A stretch of 64,000 nt of DNA from Alphaproteobacteria bacterium. Its GTDB lineage: Bacteria > Pseudomonadota > Alphaproteobacteria > UBA11136. Of the stretch, positions 1-12,541 are shown piece by piece; the stretch's first letter is position 1; each line of letters starts with the position of its first letter. Below the pieces are notes generated by a model. The model searched no databases. It saw only the letters and a program-made list of their open reading frames with translations, and was not told the DNA's origin. The stretch is taken from positions 5,857-69,856 of the forward strand of contig JADHSZ010000005.1 in assembly GCA_016776635.1 (NCBI GenBank), given 5' to 3'. Made by a program: the position numbers and the translations under genes.

Positions 1-110
1 GCCTCGTCGATATTTCTGATACCGCATTGCCCCAGCATCAGACGGACGAAAGAACGTATTTCCCTTTCGTCATCCACCACCAAAACCCGAAGATCAACCC
101 CGTCGCTCAT
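1..110 (-). CDS. CheY-like response regulator receiver protein, 5' part (runs off window)
   Basis: Manual translation from ATG at 110 gives MSDGVDLRVLVVDDEREIRSFVRLMLGQCGIRNIDEA, the receiver beta1 'LVVDD' motif. GGAAAGGAA lies directly upstream. Confidence 0.8.
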   Translation of the reverse strand, partial: MSDGVDLRVLVVDDEREIRSFVRLMLGQCGIRNIDE

Positions 111-220
111 TTCCTTTCCCAAGCGATGACGTGAAGTCTCCCTGTGGATTCATATGGAGATTTATTCCCATATGGGAAGCGAATATACGCGAGCTTGAAA
201 CCCAGCCATGCGGAGCGCCC

Positions 221-562
221 CTATTTGAGGCGGCGCGTCACTGCCTTGTTGAGTTCGTCGAAGGCGGCGTCATCGAGGTCGAGAAAGCTGCAGGAGAGTT
301 CCTTGGCCTCGAGGCTGAAATGAACCACCACGGCCAAGGCCCGCACCGTCGTCCCCTCGCTGGTGGGCCCCGCAATACAGGTTACCATGAACTCGTTATC
401 GCGCCGCAGATCCCCTTCGTAGCCGGTGACGCGGAACCCCCCGAAGCCCCAGTCCAGGGTGGTGTATTGGGTGCCTGCGATGGTCACGCGCAGGGGGAAT
501 TCATACCGCCTGTCCTTGCGGGCCTCCTTGGAGAAATGACCGACCACTTTTCTCTTCGCCAT
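221..562 (-). CDS. Stand-alone PilZ-like domain protein
   Basis: RKDRR (RxxxR) followed by DWGFGG (variant of D/N-x-S-x-x-G), in a beta-rich 113 aa ORF. Confidence 0.65.
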   Translation of the reverse strand: MAKRKVVGHFSKEARKDRRYEFPLRVTIAGTQYTTLDWGFGGFRVTGYEGDLRRDNEFMVTCIAGPTSEGTTVRALAVVVHFSLEAKELSCSFLDLDDAAFDELNKAVTRRLK

Positions 563-713
563 TACAGACCGCTGCGGGTTGTTGAGGACGCGCTCCGGAC
601 CTGACGGCCCGGTTCCAGAGGCTTTTATAGCTCTATATTCCTAAAAAAACGACCCTTTTTCCGGAAATTTCCCTTTCGGGTGCGGAAAAAACAGGGAGAA
701 GCCGAAAGCCGAG

Positions 714-2537
714 TTACCCGGTGGCGGCCTGGCGCGACTGGCGTTTGCGTTCATGGGGATCGAGCGCCCGCTTGCGCAGGCGGATGTGTTGGGGCGTCAC
801 CTCTACTAGTTCGTCGTCCTCGATATAGGCGATGGTCTGTTCCAACGACATGCGGCGCGGCGTGGTCAGGCGCACCGCCTCGTCGGTGCCCGAAGCCCGG
901 ATATTGGTGAGCTGTTTGGCCCTCATGGGGTTGACCTCAAGATCATCGCCACGGCTGTTCTCGCCGATAATCATGCCTTCGTAAACGGTGACGCCGGAAT
1001 CGATGAACAGGACGCCCCTCTCTTCCAGGTTCATCAGCCCATAGGCCACCGAGCTGCCCCCGGAGTTGGAGATCAGCACCCCGTTGCGGCGTCCGGCAAC
1101 GGGTCCGGCATGGGGGGCGTATTCCCGGAACACGCGGTTCATGATGCCGGTGCCCCGGGTTTCGGTCATGAATTCACCGTGATAACCGATCAGGCCCCGT
1201 GACGGCGCGACGAAACGCAGCCGCACCTTGCCGCCGCCCGAGGGGAGCATTTCCTCCATTCGGCCCTTGCGTTTGGAGATGGCCTCCACCACGGCGCCGG
1301 AAAATTCCTCATCCACGTCCACCAGTACATCCTCGAAGGGTTCCAGCAGCTTGCCTGTGTGGGAATCTTCGCGAGTCAGCACCCGGGGCCGGCTGATGGA
1401 CAACTCAAAGCCCTCGCGGCGCAGAGTTTCAATCAGGACGCCGAGCTGCAATTCGCCGCGGCCCGCCACCTCGAAGCCGTTGCCGTCCTCGGTTTCGCGC
1501 ACACGGATGGCCACATTGCCTTCGGCCTCGGCCATCAGCCGCGCGCGGATGACCCGTGAGGTTATCTTTTTGCCGTCGCGTCCGGCCAGCGGCGAATCGT
1601 TGATGGAAAACACCATGGCCAGGGTCGGCGGGTCCACCGGATCGGCGGGGATGGGATCGCTGACCTCGAGATCGCACAGGGTATCGGCCACGGTGGTCTC
1701 CGGAAAGCCGGCGATGGAGACGATGTCGCCGGCCTGGGCCGATGTGACCTCGGCGCGGGACGGCCCGCGAAAGGCCTGTATCTTGGTGACGCGCGCCTGT
1801 TCTATCTTGGCGCCGTCGCGGTTCAACGCCTGTATGGTGGTATTGGCCGCGAGCGCGCCCGAGGCGATACGCCCGGTCAGCACCCGGCCCAGATAAGGGT
1901 CGCTTTCGAGCGTCGTCACCAGCATGCGGAAGGGGCCGTCGGTTTCCACGTCGGGGGCCGGGACGTACTCCACCACCTTATCGAACAAACAGGCCATGTC
2001 ATCGCCGCGAATATCCGATTCCGTGGACGCCCAGCCCTCCTTGGCCGAGGCGAACAGGGTGGGGAAATCGAGCTGTTCCTCGTTGGCATCAAGCAGCGCG
2101 AAGAGGTCGAAGACCTCGTCATGGACCGCATCGGGGCGGGCGTCGGGCTTGTCGATCTTGTTGACCACGACGATGGGCCTGAGACCCAGCGCCAGCGCCT
2201 TCTGGGTGACGAATTTGGTCTGCGGCATGGGGCCCTCGGAAGCGTCCACCAGCAACAGCACGCCGTCCACCATGCCGAGAATGCGCTCCACCTCGCCGCC
2301 GAAATCGGCATGGCCGGGGGTGTCGACGATGTTGATGCGCACGCCCTTCCATTCCACCGAGGCGCATTTGGCGAGAATGGTGATGCCCCGTTCCCGCTCC
2401 TGGTCGTTGCTGTCCATGATCCGTTCGGCCACCTCTTGGTTTTCGCGGAACTGGCCGCTTTGATGCAGCAGCGCGTCCACCAGGGTGGTCTTGCCGTGGT
2501 CCACATGGGCGATGATGGCGATATTGCGGATATCCAA
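714..2537 (-). CDS. typA: Translational GTPase TypA/BipA
   Basis: [36 protein letters not shown] and GRGELQL motifs. Start placed at TTG 2537 with AAGGA upstream; the longer ORF-track N-terminus is not homologous. Confidence 0.97.
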   Translation of the reverse strand: MDIRNIAIIAHVDHGKTTLVDALLHQSGQFRENQEVAERIMDSNDQERERGITILAKCASVEWKGVRINIVDTPGHADFGGEVERILGMVDGVLLLVDASEGPMPQTKFVTQKALALGLRPIVVVNKIDKPDARPDAVHDEVFDLFALLDANEEQLDFPTLFASAKEGWASTESDIRGDDMACLFDKVVEYVPAPDVETDGPFRMLVTTLESDPYLGRVLTGRIASGALAANTTIQALNRDGAKIEQARVTKIQAFRGPSRAEVTSAQAGDIVSIAGFPETTVADTLCDLEVSDPIPADPVDPPTLAMVFSINDSPLAGRDGKKITSRVIRARLMAEAEGNVAIRVRETEDGNGFEVAGRGELQLGVLIETLRREGFELSISRPRVLTREDSHTGKLLEPFEDVLVDVDEEFSGAVVEAISKRKGRMEEMLPSGGGKVRLRFVAPSRGLIGYHGEFMTETRGTGIMNRVFREYAPHAGPVAGRRNGVLISNSGGSSVAYGLMNLEERGVLFIDSGVTVYEGMIIGENSRGDDLEVNPMRAKQLTNIRASGTDEAVRLTTPRRMSLEQTIAYIEDDELVEVTPQHIRLRKRALDPHERKRQSRQAATG

Positions 2538-2643
2538 GGTCTTAAAATCCTTCGTCAAAAACTGTGCATACGGCTGCCGCCTTATGGGGGGCGTCCGGGG
2601 TGGTGGGAACGGTGTCGGGGTTGGCGATGGTGTGGAACTGGTA

Positions 2644-2697
2644 GTGCGGGCGCAGGCCCGGTGCGGGCACAGGCCCGGTGCGGGCATAGGCCCGGTG
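2644..2697. repeat. 17-bp tandem repeat x3 (GTGCGGGCrcAGGCCCG), each unit a CGGGC/GCCCG mini-hairpin, in the typA leader
   Basis: Units read directly at 2644-2660, 2661-2677 and 2678-2694. Confidence 0.9.
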
Positions 2698-2704
2698 AGC
2701 GCTT

Positions 2705-2733
2705 CATATAGGCTTTCGGTCGAGGTTAATCAA
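2705..2733 (-). promoter_or_regulatory. RpoD-type promoter of typA
   Basis: TTGATT-N17-TATATG on the minus strand, matching the alphaproteobacterial CTTGAC-N17-CTATAT consensus. Confidence 0.7.
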
Positions 2734-2776
2734 GACCGGGCGTGTCTCAGAGGACGGACGGGGGAAGTAATGTTAG

Positions 2777-2862
2777 TGGTGGGTGCGGAGGGCGGACTGT
2801 CCTCGCTTCGCTCGTTCATCTCCGCTGACGCTCCGATGCCAAACCGCGCGGTTCTCGTCCGG
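2777..2862 (-). ncRNA. tRNA-linked-repeat (TLR/rtT)-like structured element ending in a copy of the tRNA-Met 3' end
   Basis: 14-nt exact copy (2785-2798 = 2923-2936) of the tRNA 3' segment followed by ...ACCA; closing stem CGGAC/GTCCG; GAGAACC...GGTT and GAGCGAAGCGAG motifs. Confidence 0.55.
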
Positions 2863-2872
2863 CTCTTTTCAT

Positions 2873-2922
2873 TACCAATAAATAACCCCGGTCTCGTGAG
2901 AGGCCGGGGTTATTTATTGGTA
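2873..2922 (-). terminator. 23-bp inverted repeat / intrinsic terminator directly after tRNA-Met
   Basis: TACCAATAAATAACCCCGGTCTC-gtga-GAGGCCGGGGTTATTTATTGGTA with one mismatch; AU-rich base. Confidence 0.75.
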
Positions 2923-2994
2923 GCGGAGGGCGGACTCGAACCGCCGACACCCGGATTATGATTCCGGTGCTCTAACCAACTGAGCTACTCCGCC
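2918..2994 (-). tRNA. tRNA-Met (CAT), probably elongator
   Basis: GGCGGAGTAGCTCAGTTGGTTAGAGCACCGGAATCATAATCCGGGTGTCGGCGGTTCGAGTCCGCCCTCCGCTACCA: cloverleaf, TTCGA loop, encoded CCA. Lacks the initiator GGG/CCC anticodon stem. Confidence 0.95.
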
Positions 2995-3023
2995 ACAGAG
3001 GTACAGATAGTAGAGTGAAGTGG

Positions 3024-3053
3024 CGTATACGCCGGGGAGGCCGGGACTGTCAA
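3024..3053 (-). promoter_or_regulatory. RpoD-type promoter of tRNA-Met, overlapping the mnmA stop
   Basis: TTGACA-N18-TATACG on the minus strand. Confidence 0.6.
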
Positions 3054-4189
3054 GCCGCCGCCTGGCGAGCGATCCAGCCGCCGCCGAGCACCCGCTCGCC
3101 GTCATAGAAGACACAGGCCTGGCCCGGGGCAACACCGGCCTGGGGTATGTCCAGGGCCACCTCGGCGCCATTTTCATGACCATAAAGGGTGGCCGCCGCC
3201 GCCGGCTGGGCCGAGCGCAGCTTGACCGAGACCTTCATGCCCTCAGGAGGAATGCGCGAACCCGGCCCCAGCCAGTTGACTTCGCGCACGCGCAGGCGGG
3301 CGCATTTCAATGCCTCGAGCGGGCCCACCGTGACCTGGGCGGCCTCGGGGTCGAGACCCACCACGTAGAGCGGCGCGCCGTCGCCGTCTTTCGTGCCGCC
3401 GATACCCAGCCCCTTGCGCTGGCCCACGGTGTAATGGATGACGCCCTGGTGGCGGCCCAAAACAGAACCGTCCACGGAGACGATATCGCCGGGCCGCGCG
3501 GCGCCGGGACGCAACTTCGCCACCAGGTTGCCGTAATCGCCGTCGGGCACGAAACAGATATCCTGGCTGTCGGGCTTGGCGCTGACGGGGAGCCGGAACT
3601 TGCGCGCCAGCCCCCGGGTCGAGGTCTTTTCCATGTCGCCTAAGGGAAAGCGCAGAAGGTCGAGCTGGGGCCTGGTGGTGGCGAAGAGGAAATAGCTCTG
3701 GTCGCGCGAGGGGTCGGCGCCCTTCAGCAGTTCCGGGCCGTCCGCGCCGTCCGTGCGGCGCACGTAATGGCCGGTGGCCAGGGCATGGGCGCCGATATCC
3801 ATGGCGGTGTCGAGGAGGTCGCGGAACTTCACCGTCTGGTTACAGCGTATGCAGGGAATCGGGGTTTCGCCCTGGATATAGCTGTCGGCGAAATCCTCGA
3901 TCACGCCCTCGCGGAAACGGGATTCGTAATTAAGCACGTAATGGGGAATGCCCATATGGTCGGCCACCCGGCGCGCATCGTGGATGTCCTCGGCGGCGCA
4001 GCAGGTTCCGGGACGCATCACCGCCTCCCCGTGGTCGTAGAGCTGGAGCGTAATGCCCACCACGTCATAGCCTTGGTCCACGAGCATGGCGGCGGTCACC
4101 GCGCTGTCGACGCCGCCCGACATGGCCACCACCACCCGCGTTTCCGCCGGAGGCCGGTCAAAACCCAGAGAATTAATGGGGTCATTCAT
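3050..4189 (-). CDS. mnmA: tRNA 2-thiouridine(34) synthase MnmA
   Basis: [10 protein letters not shown]-loop, [34 protein letters not shown]. Confidence 0.97.
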   Translation of the reverse strand: MNDPINSLGFDRPPAETRVVVAMSGGVDSAVTAAMLVDQGYDVVGITLQLYDHGEAVMRPGTCCAAEDIHDARRVADHMGIPHYVLNYESRFREGVIEDFADSYIQGETPIPCIRCNQTVKFRDLLDTAMDIGAHALATGHYVRRTDGADGPELLKGADPSRDQSYFLFATTRPQLDLLRFPLGDMEKTSTRGLARKFRLPVSAKPDSQDICFVPDGDYGNLVAKLRPGAARPGDIVSVDGSVLGRHQGVIHYTVGQRKGLGIGGTKDGDGAPLYVVGLDPEAAQVTVGPLEALKCARLRVREVNWLGPGSRIPPEGMKVSVKLRSAQPAAAATLYGHENGAEVALDIPQAGVAPGQACVFYDGERVLGGGWIARQAAA

Positions 4190-4243
4190 TGCCGGAATAT
4201 GGGGCTTACGGGAACCGGAAACAAGGATTCGTCGCAGTGACGC

Positions 4244-4444
4244 TCAGTCCCGTTCCTCGATCCAGGCGGCCTGGATGGCTTCGAGGATTTTCTCGTTGGA
4301 GCGTTCGGGGTCATCGTCGAAACCGGGAAGTTCCGTAACCCAGCGGTGAAGGTCGGTGAAGCGAAGGTTTACGTTATCCACCTCGGGGTGGCGTTCCTCG
4401 AGCTCGATGGCGATATCGTGGATATCGGTCCAGCGCAGACCCAT
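4244..4444 (-). CDS. iscX: Fe-S cluster assembly protein IscX
   Basis: LRWTD..IAIEL....P......RFTDL....SNEKILEAIQAAW; last gene of the isc operon. Confidence 0.95.
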   Translation of the reverse strand: MGLRWTDIHDIAIELEERHPEVDNVNLRFTDLHRWVTELPGFDDDPERSNEKILEAIQAAWIEERD

Positions 4445-4448
4445 GGGA

Positions 4449-4781
4449 TCAGTCCACCATCATGTTGCGGGTAGAGGCCGGCAGGGTCACGGTGAGCCCG
4501 TCGAGCTCGGGGGTGATGATGATCTGGCAGCCCAGCCGCGAGGTATGGGTCAGCCCCCAGGCGAGGTCGAGCATGTCTTCCTCGTCTTCGGTGGCTTCCT
4601 TTAATTTGCCGTAATAGGAGAGATCCACCACCACATGGCAGGTGGAACAGGCCAGCGAGCCCTCGCAGGCGCCTTCGAGCTCGATATTGTTGCGGTGGGC
4701 GATTTCGAGCACGGACAGGCCCTCGGGCGCGTCTACTTCGTGGCGGTTTCCGTCGGCGTCGATGAAAGTCATTTTAGGCAT
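4449..4781 (-). CDS. fdx: ISC-type 2Fe-2S ferredoxin
   Basis: [13 protein letters not shown]...SRLGCQ adrenodoxin-type motif. Confidence 0.96.
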   Translation of the reverse strand: MPKMTFIDADGNRHEVDAPEGLSVLEIAHRNNIELEGACEGSLACSTCHVVVDLSYYGKLKEATEDEEDMLDLAWGLTHTSRLGCQIIITPELDGLTVTLPASTRNMMVD

Positions 4782-4868
4782 GGGAAATGTTTTTTCTGTT
4801 GGAAATGGGGTGAACTTTATCTTCGATCCTTAACAACCACAGGCGGGCACGGGCGGCAAGTTCAAGAT

Positions 4869-6860
<1,992 letters not shown>

Positions 6861-6867
6861 GATGGTC

Positions 6868-7629
6868 TCAGGTGGTTTGGGAAAAACGGATGCGGGCGGC
6901 GCGCAGTTCGTCTTCGAATTTCATCAGGTATTTGAGCCGGGTGGTGAGGCGGTCGGCGGCGGAGAGGTCGCTGGTGTTGAAGGCCTCGGCCAACTCCGCC
7001 AGACAATCGGTCTTTTCGCGCGTTGCCACGGCGGCGATGGTTTCCACCTGATCGGAGGTTTCAGCCTCCGCCAGGGCCTCGCGCTGTTCCATGGCCTCCA
7101 TCAGCAGCACCGGGTCGCTCATGGTGTTGCAGCCCTCGGCGTGGATGGTGACGCCCTGCATTTCCAGCAGGGCGATGGCGCGCTTCACGGGATCCTGAAG
7201 GGTTTCATAGGCAAGGTTGATGTCGGCGGTCAGCGCCACGGAAATGGCCCGCTCGCGGGAGGTTTTGGTGGCGAAGCGGTCGGGGTGAAGGCGCCGTTGC
7301 AGATCGAAATAGCAGCGGTCCAGATGCTCCGGCGCCACCTCGAATCCGGGTTCCAGATCGAGCCGGGTAAAGGGGTCCACCGGGCGCGGCGGCTGGATCG
7401 CCTCGCAGGTATCGCAGAACAGATCCCCCGCCGTTACCGGGCCGCGGCACGACCAGCAGGCGGTGACCCCCGCCGGCGTCATGGCTTCCACCGAACCCGA
7501 AGAAGAATCCGGAGAAGAAGCCGGTTGTCCAGATGCCGATGAAGCGGCATCGGAAAGCGGCGCGGCCTCAGCCACACCGTTATCGTCGGGCTCCTGGTCG
7601 GGGAGATTTTTTGCTGTCTTATCCATCAT
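6868..7629 (-). CDS. hscB: Co-chaperone HscB with N-terminal tetracysteine domain
   Basis: J-domain LHPD; CWSC...FCDTC; located between iscA and hscA. Exact start uncertain. Confidence 0.92.
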   Translation of the reverse strand: MMDKTAKNLPDQEPDDNGVAEAAPLSDAASSASGQPASSPDSSSGSVEAMTPAGVTACWSCRGPVTAGDLFCDTCEAIQPPRPVDPFTRLDLEPGFEVAPEHLDRCYFDLQRRLHPDRFATKTSRERAISVALTADINLAYETLQDPVKRAIALLEMQGVTIHAEGCNTMSDPVLLMEAMEQREALAEAETSDQVETIAAVATREKTDCLAELAEAFNTSDLSAADRLTTRLKYLMKFEDELRAARIRFSQTT

Positions 7630-7668
7630 GGTCTGGGGAAAACGGAAGTGCCGCGCCGGGCGCGTCCC

Positions 7669-8067
7669 TTATACGTGAAAGGACTCGCCACAGCCGCAGC
7701 GTCCTTTCTCGTTGGGATTATTGAAAACGAAACCGGACTGGAGGCCGTCCTCGACGAAATCCATTTCGGTGCCGATCAGGAACATGATGGCCTTGGGGTC
7801 AATGAACACCGTGACCCCGTCCTGTTCCACCACGTCGTCATGGGGTTCCTTCGCGTCGGCGAATTCCAGCGTATAGGACATGCCCGAACAACCCTTGGAG
7901 TTGATGCCGACGCGGATTCCAGCCGAGGGCTTGCCGCGGCCGTCCAACAATTCCCTGACCCTGCCCATGGCAGCCGGAGTGATGGACATCAGCCCCGCTG
8001 TGGCCTGTGGGGCCGGCGCGGCCTCGTCTTTTGTGGCCTGGGAATCTTTCTGGGGAGCATCCTGCAT
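7669..8067 (-). CDS. iscA: A-type Fe-S carrier IscA
   Basis: GCSGMSY and CGCGESF motifs. Confidence 0.95.
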   Translation of the reverse strand: MQDAPQKDSQATKDEAAPAPQATAGLMSITPAAMGRVRELLDGRGKPSAGIRVGINSKGCSGMSYTLEFADAKEPHDDVVEQDGVTVFIDPKAIMFLIGTEMDFVEDGLQSGFVFNNPNEKGRCGCGESFHV

Positions 8068-8112
8068 GGCGTTTCTCTGGTTCCTGTTCGCTCTGTTTAA
8101 CCCGCGAAAGAG

Positions 8113-8553
8113 CTAGGCGGAGCGGGCTTCTTCCGCATCAGCGGCGTCCGTGGCGTCGGCGTCGTCCGCCGTCCCGCCGTGTTTGGTCTTGTAATCTTCC
8201 ACCGCCGCCTTAATAGCGTCCTCGGCCAGGACCGAGCAATGAATCTTTACCGGCGGCAAGGCGAGTTCTTCGGCGATTTCGGTATTCTTGATGTCGGAAG
8301 CCTGGTCCAGGCTCTTGCCTTTGACCCATTCGGTGATGAGCGAGCTTGAGGCGATGGCCGAGCCACAGCCGAAGGTCTTGAACTTGGCGTCCTCGATGAT
8401 GCCTTCGGGCGTGACCTTGATCTGCAGTTTCATCACGTCGCCGCAAGCCGGGGCGCCCACCAGCCCGGTGCCCACCTGGGCATCCTTCTTGTCCATGGAC
8501 CCCACGTTGCGGGGATTGTCGTAATGGTCGATCAGTTTGTTGCTGTAGGACAT
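8113..8553 (-). CDS. iscU: Fe-S scaffold IscU
   Basis: GAPACGD, FGCGSA, LPPVKIHCS. Confidence 0.97.
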   Translation of the reverse strand: MSYSNKLIDHYDNPRNVGSMDKKDAQVGTGLVGAPACGDVMKLQIKVTPEGIIEDAKFKTFGCGSAIASSSLITEWVKGKSLDQASDIKNTEIAEELALPPVKIHCSVLAEDAIKAAVEDYKTKHGGTADDADATDAADAEEARSA

Positions 8554-8619
8554 GTCTTTCTCTCTCTCTACCTTAAAAAGGTTTTTCCTTGTTGTTTCAC
8601 AATCGGTTTTAATGAGCCG

Positions 8620-9840
8620 TCAATGGGCGGCCCATTCGATTGAAGCGATGTCGATTCCTTCCTGCGCCATTTCCCAAAGCGGGCTCAACTCACGCAGTTT
8701 CTTCACCTGGGTAACGATTTCATCCACCGCCGCGTCCACCTCTTCCTCGGTGGTGAAGCGCCCCAGCCCCAGGCGCAGGCTGGTATGGGCCAGATCCTCG
8801 GTGACGCCCAAGGCGCGCAGCACGTAGGACGGCTCCAGCGAGGCCGAGGTACAGGCCGACCCCGACGACACACAAAGATTCTTGATTCCCATCATCAGCG
8901 ATTCGCCTTCCACGTAGGCGAAGCTGAGATTGAGATTTCCGGGAATGCGCTGGTCGAGGTCGCCGTTGATATAGACCTCGGGCAGTTGGTCGGTGATGCC
9001 CAGGTAAAGGCGGTCGCGCAGATAGTGCAGGCGTTCGGATTCCTGGGCCATTTCCCTGCCCGCGATGGCGCAGGCCTCGCCCAGCCCGACGCAGAGCGGC
9101 GTCGGCAGCGTACCCGAGCGCATGCCCCGTTCCTGGCCGCCGCCACTGAACAGCGGGGTCAGCCGCACCCGGGGCTTGCGGCGCACGTAAAGGGCGCCCA
9201 CGCCCTTGGGCCCGTAAACCTTGTGGGCCGAGATGCTCATCAGGTCGATGTTCATTTCGTTGACGTCGAGGGGAATCTTGCCCACCGCCTGGGCGCAGTC
9301 GCTGTGGAAGAAAACGCCCTTCTCGCGGCAGATGGCGCCGATCTCGGCCATGGGCTGGATGACGCCGATCTCGTTATTGACCCCCATGATGGAAACCAGG
9401 GCGGTCTGGTCGGTGATGGTCTGGCGCAGATTGTCGAGGTCGATGAGACCGTTCTTGGCCACATGCAGATAGGTCACTTCACAGCCTTCCTGGCCCATAT
9501 GGCGGCAGGATTCGAGCACGCATTTATGCTCGGTGGCGCAGGTGATGATGTGATTCTTGCGGTCCTTGTAGAAACGGCCCACGCCCTTGATGGCGAGATT
9601 GTTGGATTCGGTGGCGCCGGAGGTGAAGATGATTTCCTTGGGGTCAGCGCCGATAAGGGCCGCGATTTCGGAGCGCGCCTTTTCCACCGCGTCTTCCGCT
9701 TCCCAGCCGTAGGCATGATTGCGGGAATGGGGATTGCCGAACTTCTCGGTGAGAAAGGGCATCATCACGTCGAGCACGCGGGGGTCCGTGGGCGTGGTCG
9801 CCTGGTAGTCGAGATAGATCGGTTTCCCGGCCTTTTTCAT
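8620..9840 (-). CDS. iscS: Cysteine desulfurase IscS
   Basis: [36 protein letters not shown]-terminal SPLWEM...W..H. Start at 9840 chosen from AAGGA RBS; 9876 is an alternative. Confidence 0.96.
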   Translation of the reverse strand: MKKAGKPIYLDYQATTPTDPRVLDVMMPFLTEKFGNPHSRNHAYGWEAEDAVEKARSEIAALIGADPKEIIFTSGATESNNLAIKGVGRFYKDRKNHIITCATEHKCVLESCRHMGQEGCEVTYLHVAKNGLIDLDNLRQTITDQTALVSIMGVNNEIGVIQPMAEIGAICREKGVFFHSDCAQAVGKIPLDVNEMNIDLMSISAHKVYGPKGVGALYVRRKPRVRLTPLFSGGGQERGMRSGTLPTPLCVGLGEACAIAGREMAQESERLHYLRDRLYLGITDQLPEVYINGDLDQRIPGNLNLSFAYVEGESLMMGIKNLCVSSGSACTSASLEPSYVLRALGVTEDLAHTSLRLGLGRFTTEEEVDAAVDEIVTQVKKLRELSPLWEMAQEGIDIASIEWAAH

Positions 9841-9890
9841 CACTTTTTTTTCCTTTGTTTTCTCAAGAGTATTCATCTGGGGTTTCTTCT

Positions 9891-11090
9891 TCAGGCGGCC
9901 TTGGTGGATCTGGCGGGTTCGGTAGAGTCTGTAGGCTTGGCGGCTTGCCCCCCCTTGCGGGAATAAAGCGCGCCCCAAGCCTGGAGGAAATGGTCAATAT
10001 GGGCTTTTTCACTGCTCCAGCCGAGGCTCACGCGGATCGCGCATGCAGCCCGGTCCTGGTCCACGCCCATGGCGTGCAGCACCCGCGAGGGAGCGACCTT
10101 GCCCGAGGAACAGGCGGCGCCGGCAGAGACCGCCACGCCTTCGAGATCGAGCGCCATCACCTGGGTCTCGGCGAGGACGCCGGGCATGGTGAAACAGGAG
10201 GTGTTGAGCAGGCGCGGTACGGCGCTCCCGAAAATCTCGACTTCCGGCGCCAGTTCGCGGATGCCCGATTCAAGGCCGTCGCGCAGAGAAGCAAGCCGGC
10301 CAGCGCCGGCCAGCCCCTCGCGGGCCAGTTCCGCCGCCAGACCGAAACCGGCGATGGCGGCCACGTTTTCGGTGCCGGCGCGCAAGCCGCGTTCCTGGCC
10401 GCCGCCGTGGATTAACGGCGAGGCCCGCAATGCCGGTGTCTTGCTCAGGATCAAGGCGCCCGCGCCCTGTGGTCCGCCCAGCTTGTGGGAGGAAAGGGTC
10501 AGCAGGTCAATCCCCAGCGCGTCCATATCCACGGGAATTTTTCCCGCCGCCTGTACCGCATCGCAGTGGACCAGCGCGCCGAAAGCATGGGCCAGCTCCG
10601 CCACCTCGCGCAAGGGGCTGATGACGCCGGTCTCGTTATTGGCCAGCATGACCGAGACCAGGATCGGTGCTGTTGAGTCCTCGCGCAGCCGGGTCAGCCG
10701 CTGGCGCAGGTTTTCAAGATCAATTATGCCGTCGCGGCCCACGGGAATCTGTTGCGCATCGGGCGCGGCGGCGATCACCGAGTCATGCTCCACCGCGGAA
10801 ACCAGAATGGTGGCGTCATGGTCCCGGCTCATGCAATGTAACGCCTGATTGTTGGCTTCGGTGCCGCCGCTGGTGAACACCACCCGGGAGGGGCTTGCCC
10901 CCACCAGGGCCGCCAGCTGGACACGCGCAGTCTCGACCCGGTGCCGCGCGGCGCGTCCGAATCCATGCACCGAAGAGGCATTGCCCGTCTCGGTCAGGGC
11001 CTCGGCCATGAGGGAGCGGACCTGAGGCAGCAGAGGCGCCCCGGCATTGAAATCGAGATAGGTTGACTGGTTGTTACCCGTCATGGTCAT
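9891..11090 (-). CDS. Second cysteine desulfurase family protein (NifS/IscS-like)
   Basis: [32 protein letters not shown]; lacks the IscS C-terminal IscU-binding tail. Confidence 0.92.
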   Translation of the reverse strand: MTMTGNNQSTYLDFNAGAPLLPQVRSLMAEALTETGNASSVHGFGRAARHRVETARVQLAALVGASPSRVVFTSGGTEANNQALHCMSRDHDATILVSAVEHDSVIAAAPDAQQIPVGRDGIIDLENLRQRLTRLREDSTAPILVSVMLANNETGVISPLREVAELAHAFGALVHCDAVQAAGKIPVDMDALGIDLLTLSSHKLGGPQGAGALILSKTPALRASPLIHGGGQERGLRAGTENVAAIAGFGLAAELAREGLAGAGRLASLRDGLESGIRELAPEVEIFGSAVPRLLNTSCFTMPGVLAETQVMALDLEGVAVSAGAACSSGKVAPSRVLHAMGVDQDRAACAIRVSLGWSSEKAHIDHFLQAWGALYSRKGGQAAKPTDSTEPARSTKAA

Positions 11091-11128
11091 GCATTCCCAG
11101 CAGAGATGGTTTTCTTTATTCCGGCCGT

Positions 11129-11632
11129 CTAACGGTTGGCCGCCACGGCGACCTCTTCCAGGGTCTTGGCGCTATCGCCCGCCGGGAACTGGGACACCTG
11201 GGCCAGCTGGGGGCTTGTGGCGATACGGCCCTCGCAGATATCGGCCACCGATACGGAACTGAGATACATATGAATCTGATGGCCCAGTTCCTCCCACAGG
11301 TCGTGGGTCAGACAGCGCGTCTTGTTGCTGCGGCAGCCCGAAGGTACGCCGGGCATACAACGGGTGGCGCGGATGGGTTCATCCACAGCCAGGATAATGT
11401 CCGAAATGCGGGTCTGTTCCGGGGCATGGGCCAGCATGTAGCCGCCGCCGGGTCCGCGAACGCTTTTGACCAGACCGCCCTTGCGCAGACGGGCGAAGAG
11501 TTGTTCGAGGTAGGAAAGAGATATTTCCTGACTTTCGGCGATATCCGCCAGCGCCACAGGCTTGCCGAGACTGCGGTTGGCGAGATCGACCATGGCCATT
11601 ACGGCGTATCGTCCCTTGGTGCTTAGTCTCAT
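11129..11632 (-). CDS. iscR: Rrf2-family regulator IscR
   Basis: [25 protein letters not shown], three Cys plus THDLW. Confidence 0.95.
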   Translation of the reverse strand: MRLSTKGRYAVMAMVDLANRSLGKPVALADIAESQEISLSYLEQLFARLRKGGLVKSVRGPGGGYMLAHAPEQTRISDIILAVDEPIRATRCMPGVPSGCRSNKTRCLTHDLWEELGHQIHMYLSSVSVADICEGRIATSPQLAQVSQFPAGDSAKTLEEVAVAANR

Positions 11633-12381
11633 CGTCTTTCTCCTTTCACGGAATCATCCGTGTTGTCGTCGTCAAAATCGACAGTGATGGAATCGGGCTT
11701 GTTTTTGAGTTGGCGTTCCAGGTCTTCGATACGCGCCGACATGGTGGCCACCTGTTCGAGAAGGCCGTCAACGGCGCGCGCCATGGGATCGGGGGCGTCG
11801 AGATCGGGCGCGCCATAGGCGGCGAACTGGCCGCTTTTGGTGGCGGAGCGCGGAACCACCACGCGGGCGGGAATACCGACCACCGAAACACCCGGGGGAA
11901 TATCGTGCAGCGCCACGGCGTTGGCGCCCACGCGGGCACCGGCGCCCACCGTGATGGGGCCGAGAATCTGGGCCCCGGAACCGATAATGACGCCGTCTTC
12001 GAGGGTGGGATGGCGTTTCTGGTTTACCTGGGAGGAGCTGTCCACCGCCGGGGCGATTCCGCCCAGGGTCACAGCATGATAGAGAGTGACGTCATCGCCG
12101 ATCTCGGAAGTTTCGCCGATAACCAGACCGGCACCGTGGTCAATGACAAAGCGCCGTCCGATGACGGCGCCTGGATGAATTTCGATTCCGGTAAAAAGGC
12201 GGGAAATGGTGGAGAGAAAGCGGGCGGTGAGCTTCCAGCCGCGAACCCAGAGGGCATGGGCCTGGCGATGCATGAGAACCGCGTGGAAACCCGGATAGAG
12301 CAGGCCCACCTCGAGCTTCGACCGCGCCGCCGGGTCGCGCTCCATAACCGACTGAATATCTTCACGAATGGTCTTGAACAT
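11629..12381 (-). CDS. cysE: Serine O-acetyltransferase
   Basis: [31 protein letters not shown]. Confidence 0.96.
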   Translation of the reverse strand: MFKTIREDIQSVMERDPAARSKLEVGLLYPGFHAVLMHRQAHALWVRGWKLTARFLSTISRLFTGIEIHPGAVIGRRFVIDHGAGLVIGETSEIGDDVTLYHAVTLGGIAPAVDSSSQVNQKRHPTLEDGVIIGSGAQILGPITVGAGARVGANAVALHDIPPGVSVVGIPARVVVPRSATKSGQFAAYGAPDLDAPDPMARAVDGLLEQVATMSARIEDLERQLKNKPDSITVDFDDDNTDDSVKGERR

Positions 12382-12541
12382 TGCCGTCCCGAATATGATA
12401 TGATCCCCAGACGTTGGCCGTCGGGTACCGATTAGCTGGCGAACCCCGGTTTAAACTCCGGTTTCTCCCGTTGCCCCAGTCCTTGGCGCAAAGCCTTGGT
12501 TTTCAGGGGTGTGGCGGGAAAAAACCCACCTTTCATAGGGG

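Noticed and set aside
2586..2620. Four G-tracts (possible G-quadruplex) in the typA leader
   Set aside because: Unremarkable at this GC content, with a long third loop and no independent support
2644..2697. Possible CRISPR array (also considered for 35297-35361 and 51648-51692)
   Set aside because: Units are directly adjacent with no unique spacers, and there are no cas genes in the window
2785..2936. attL/attR pair of a prophage or island at tRNA-Met
   Set aside because: Only 138 bp between the copies and no integrase; treated as a TLR-like element instead
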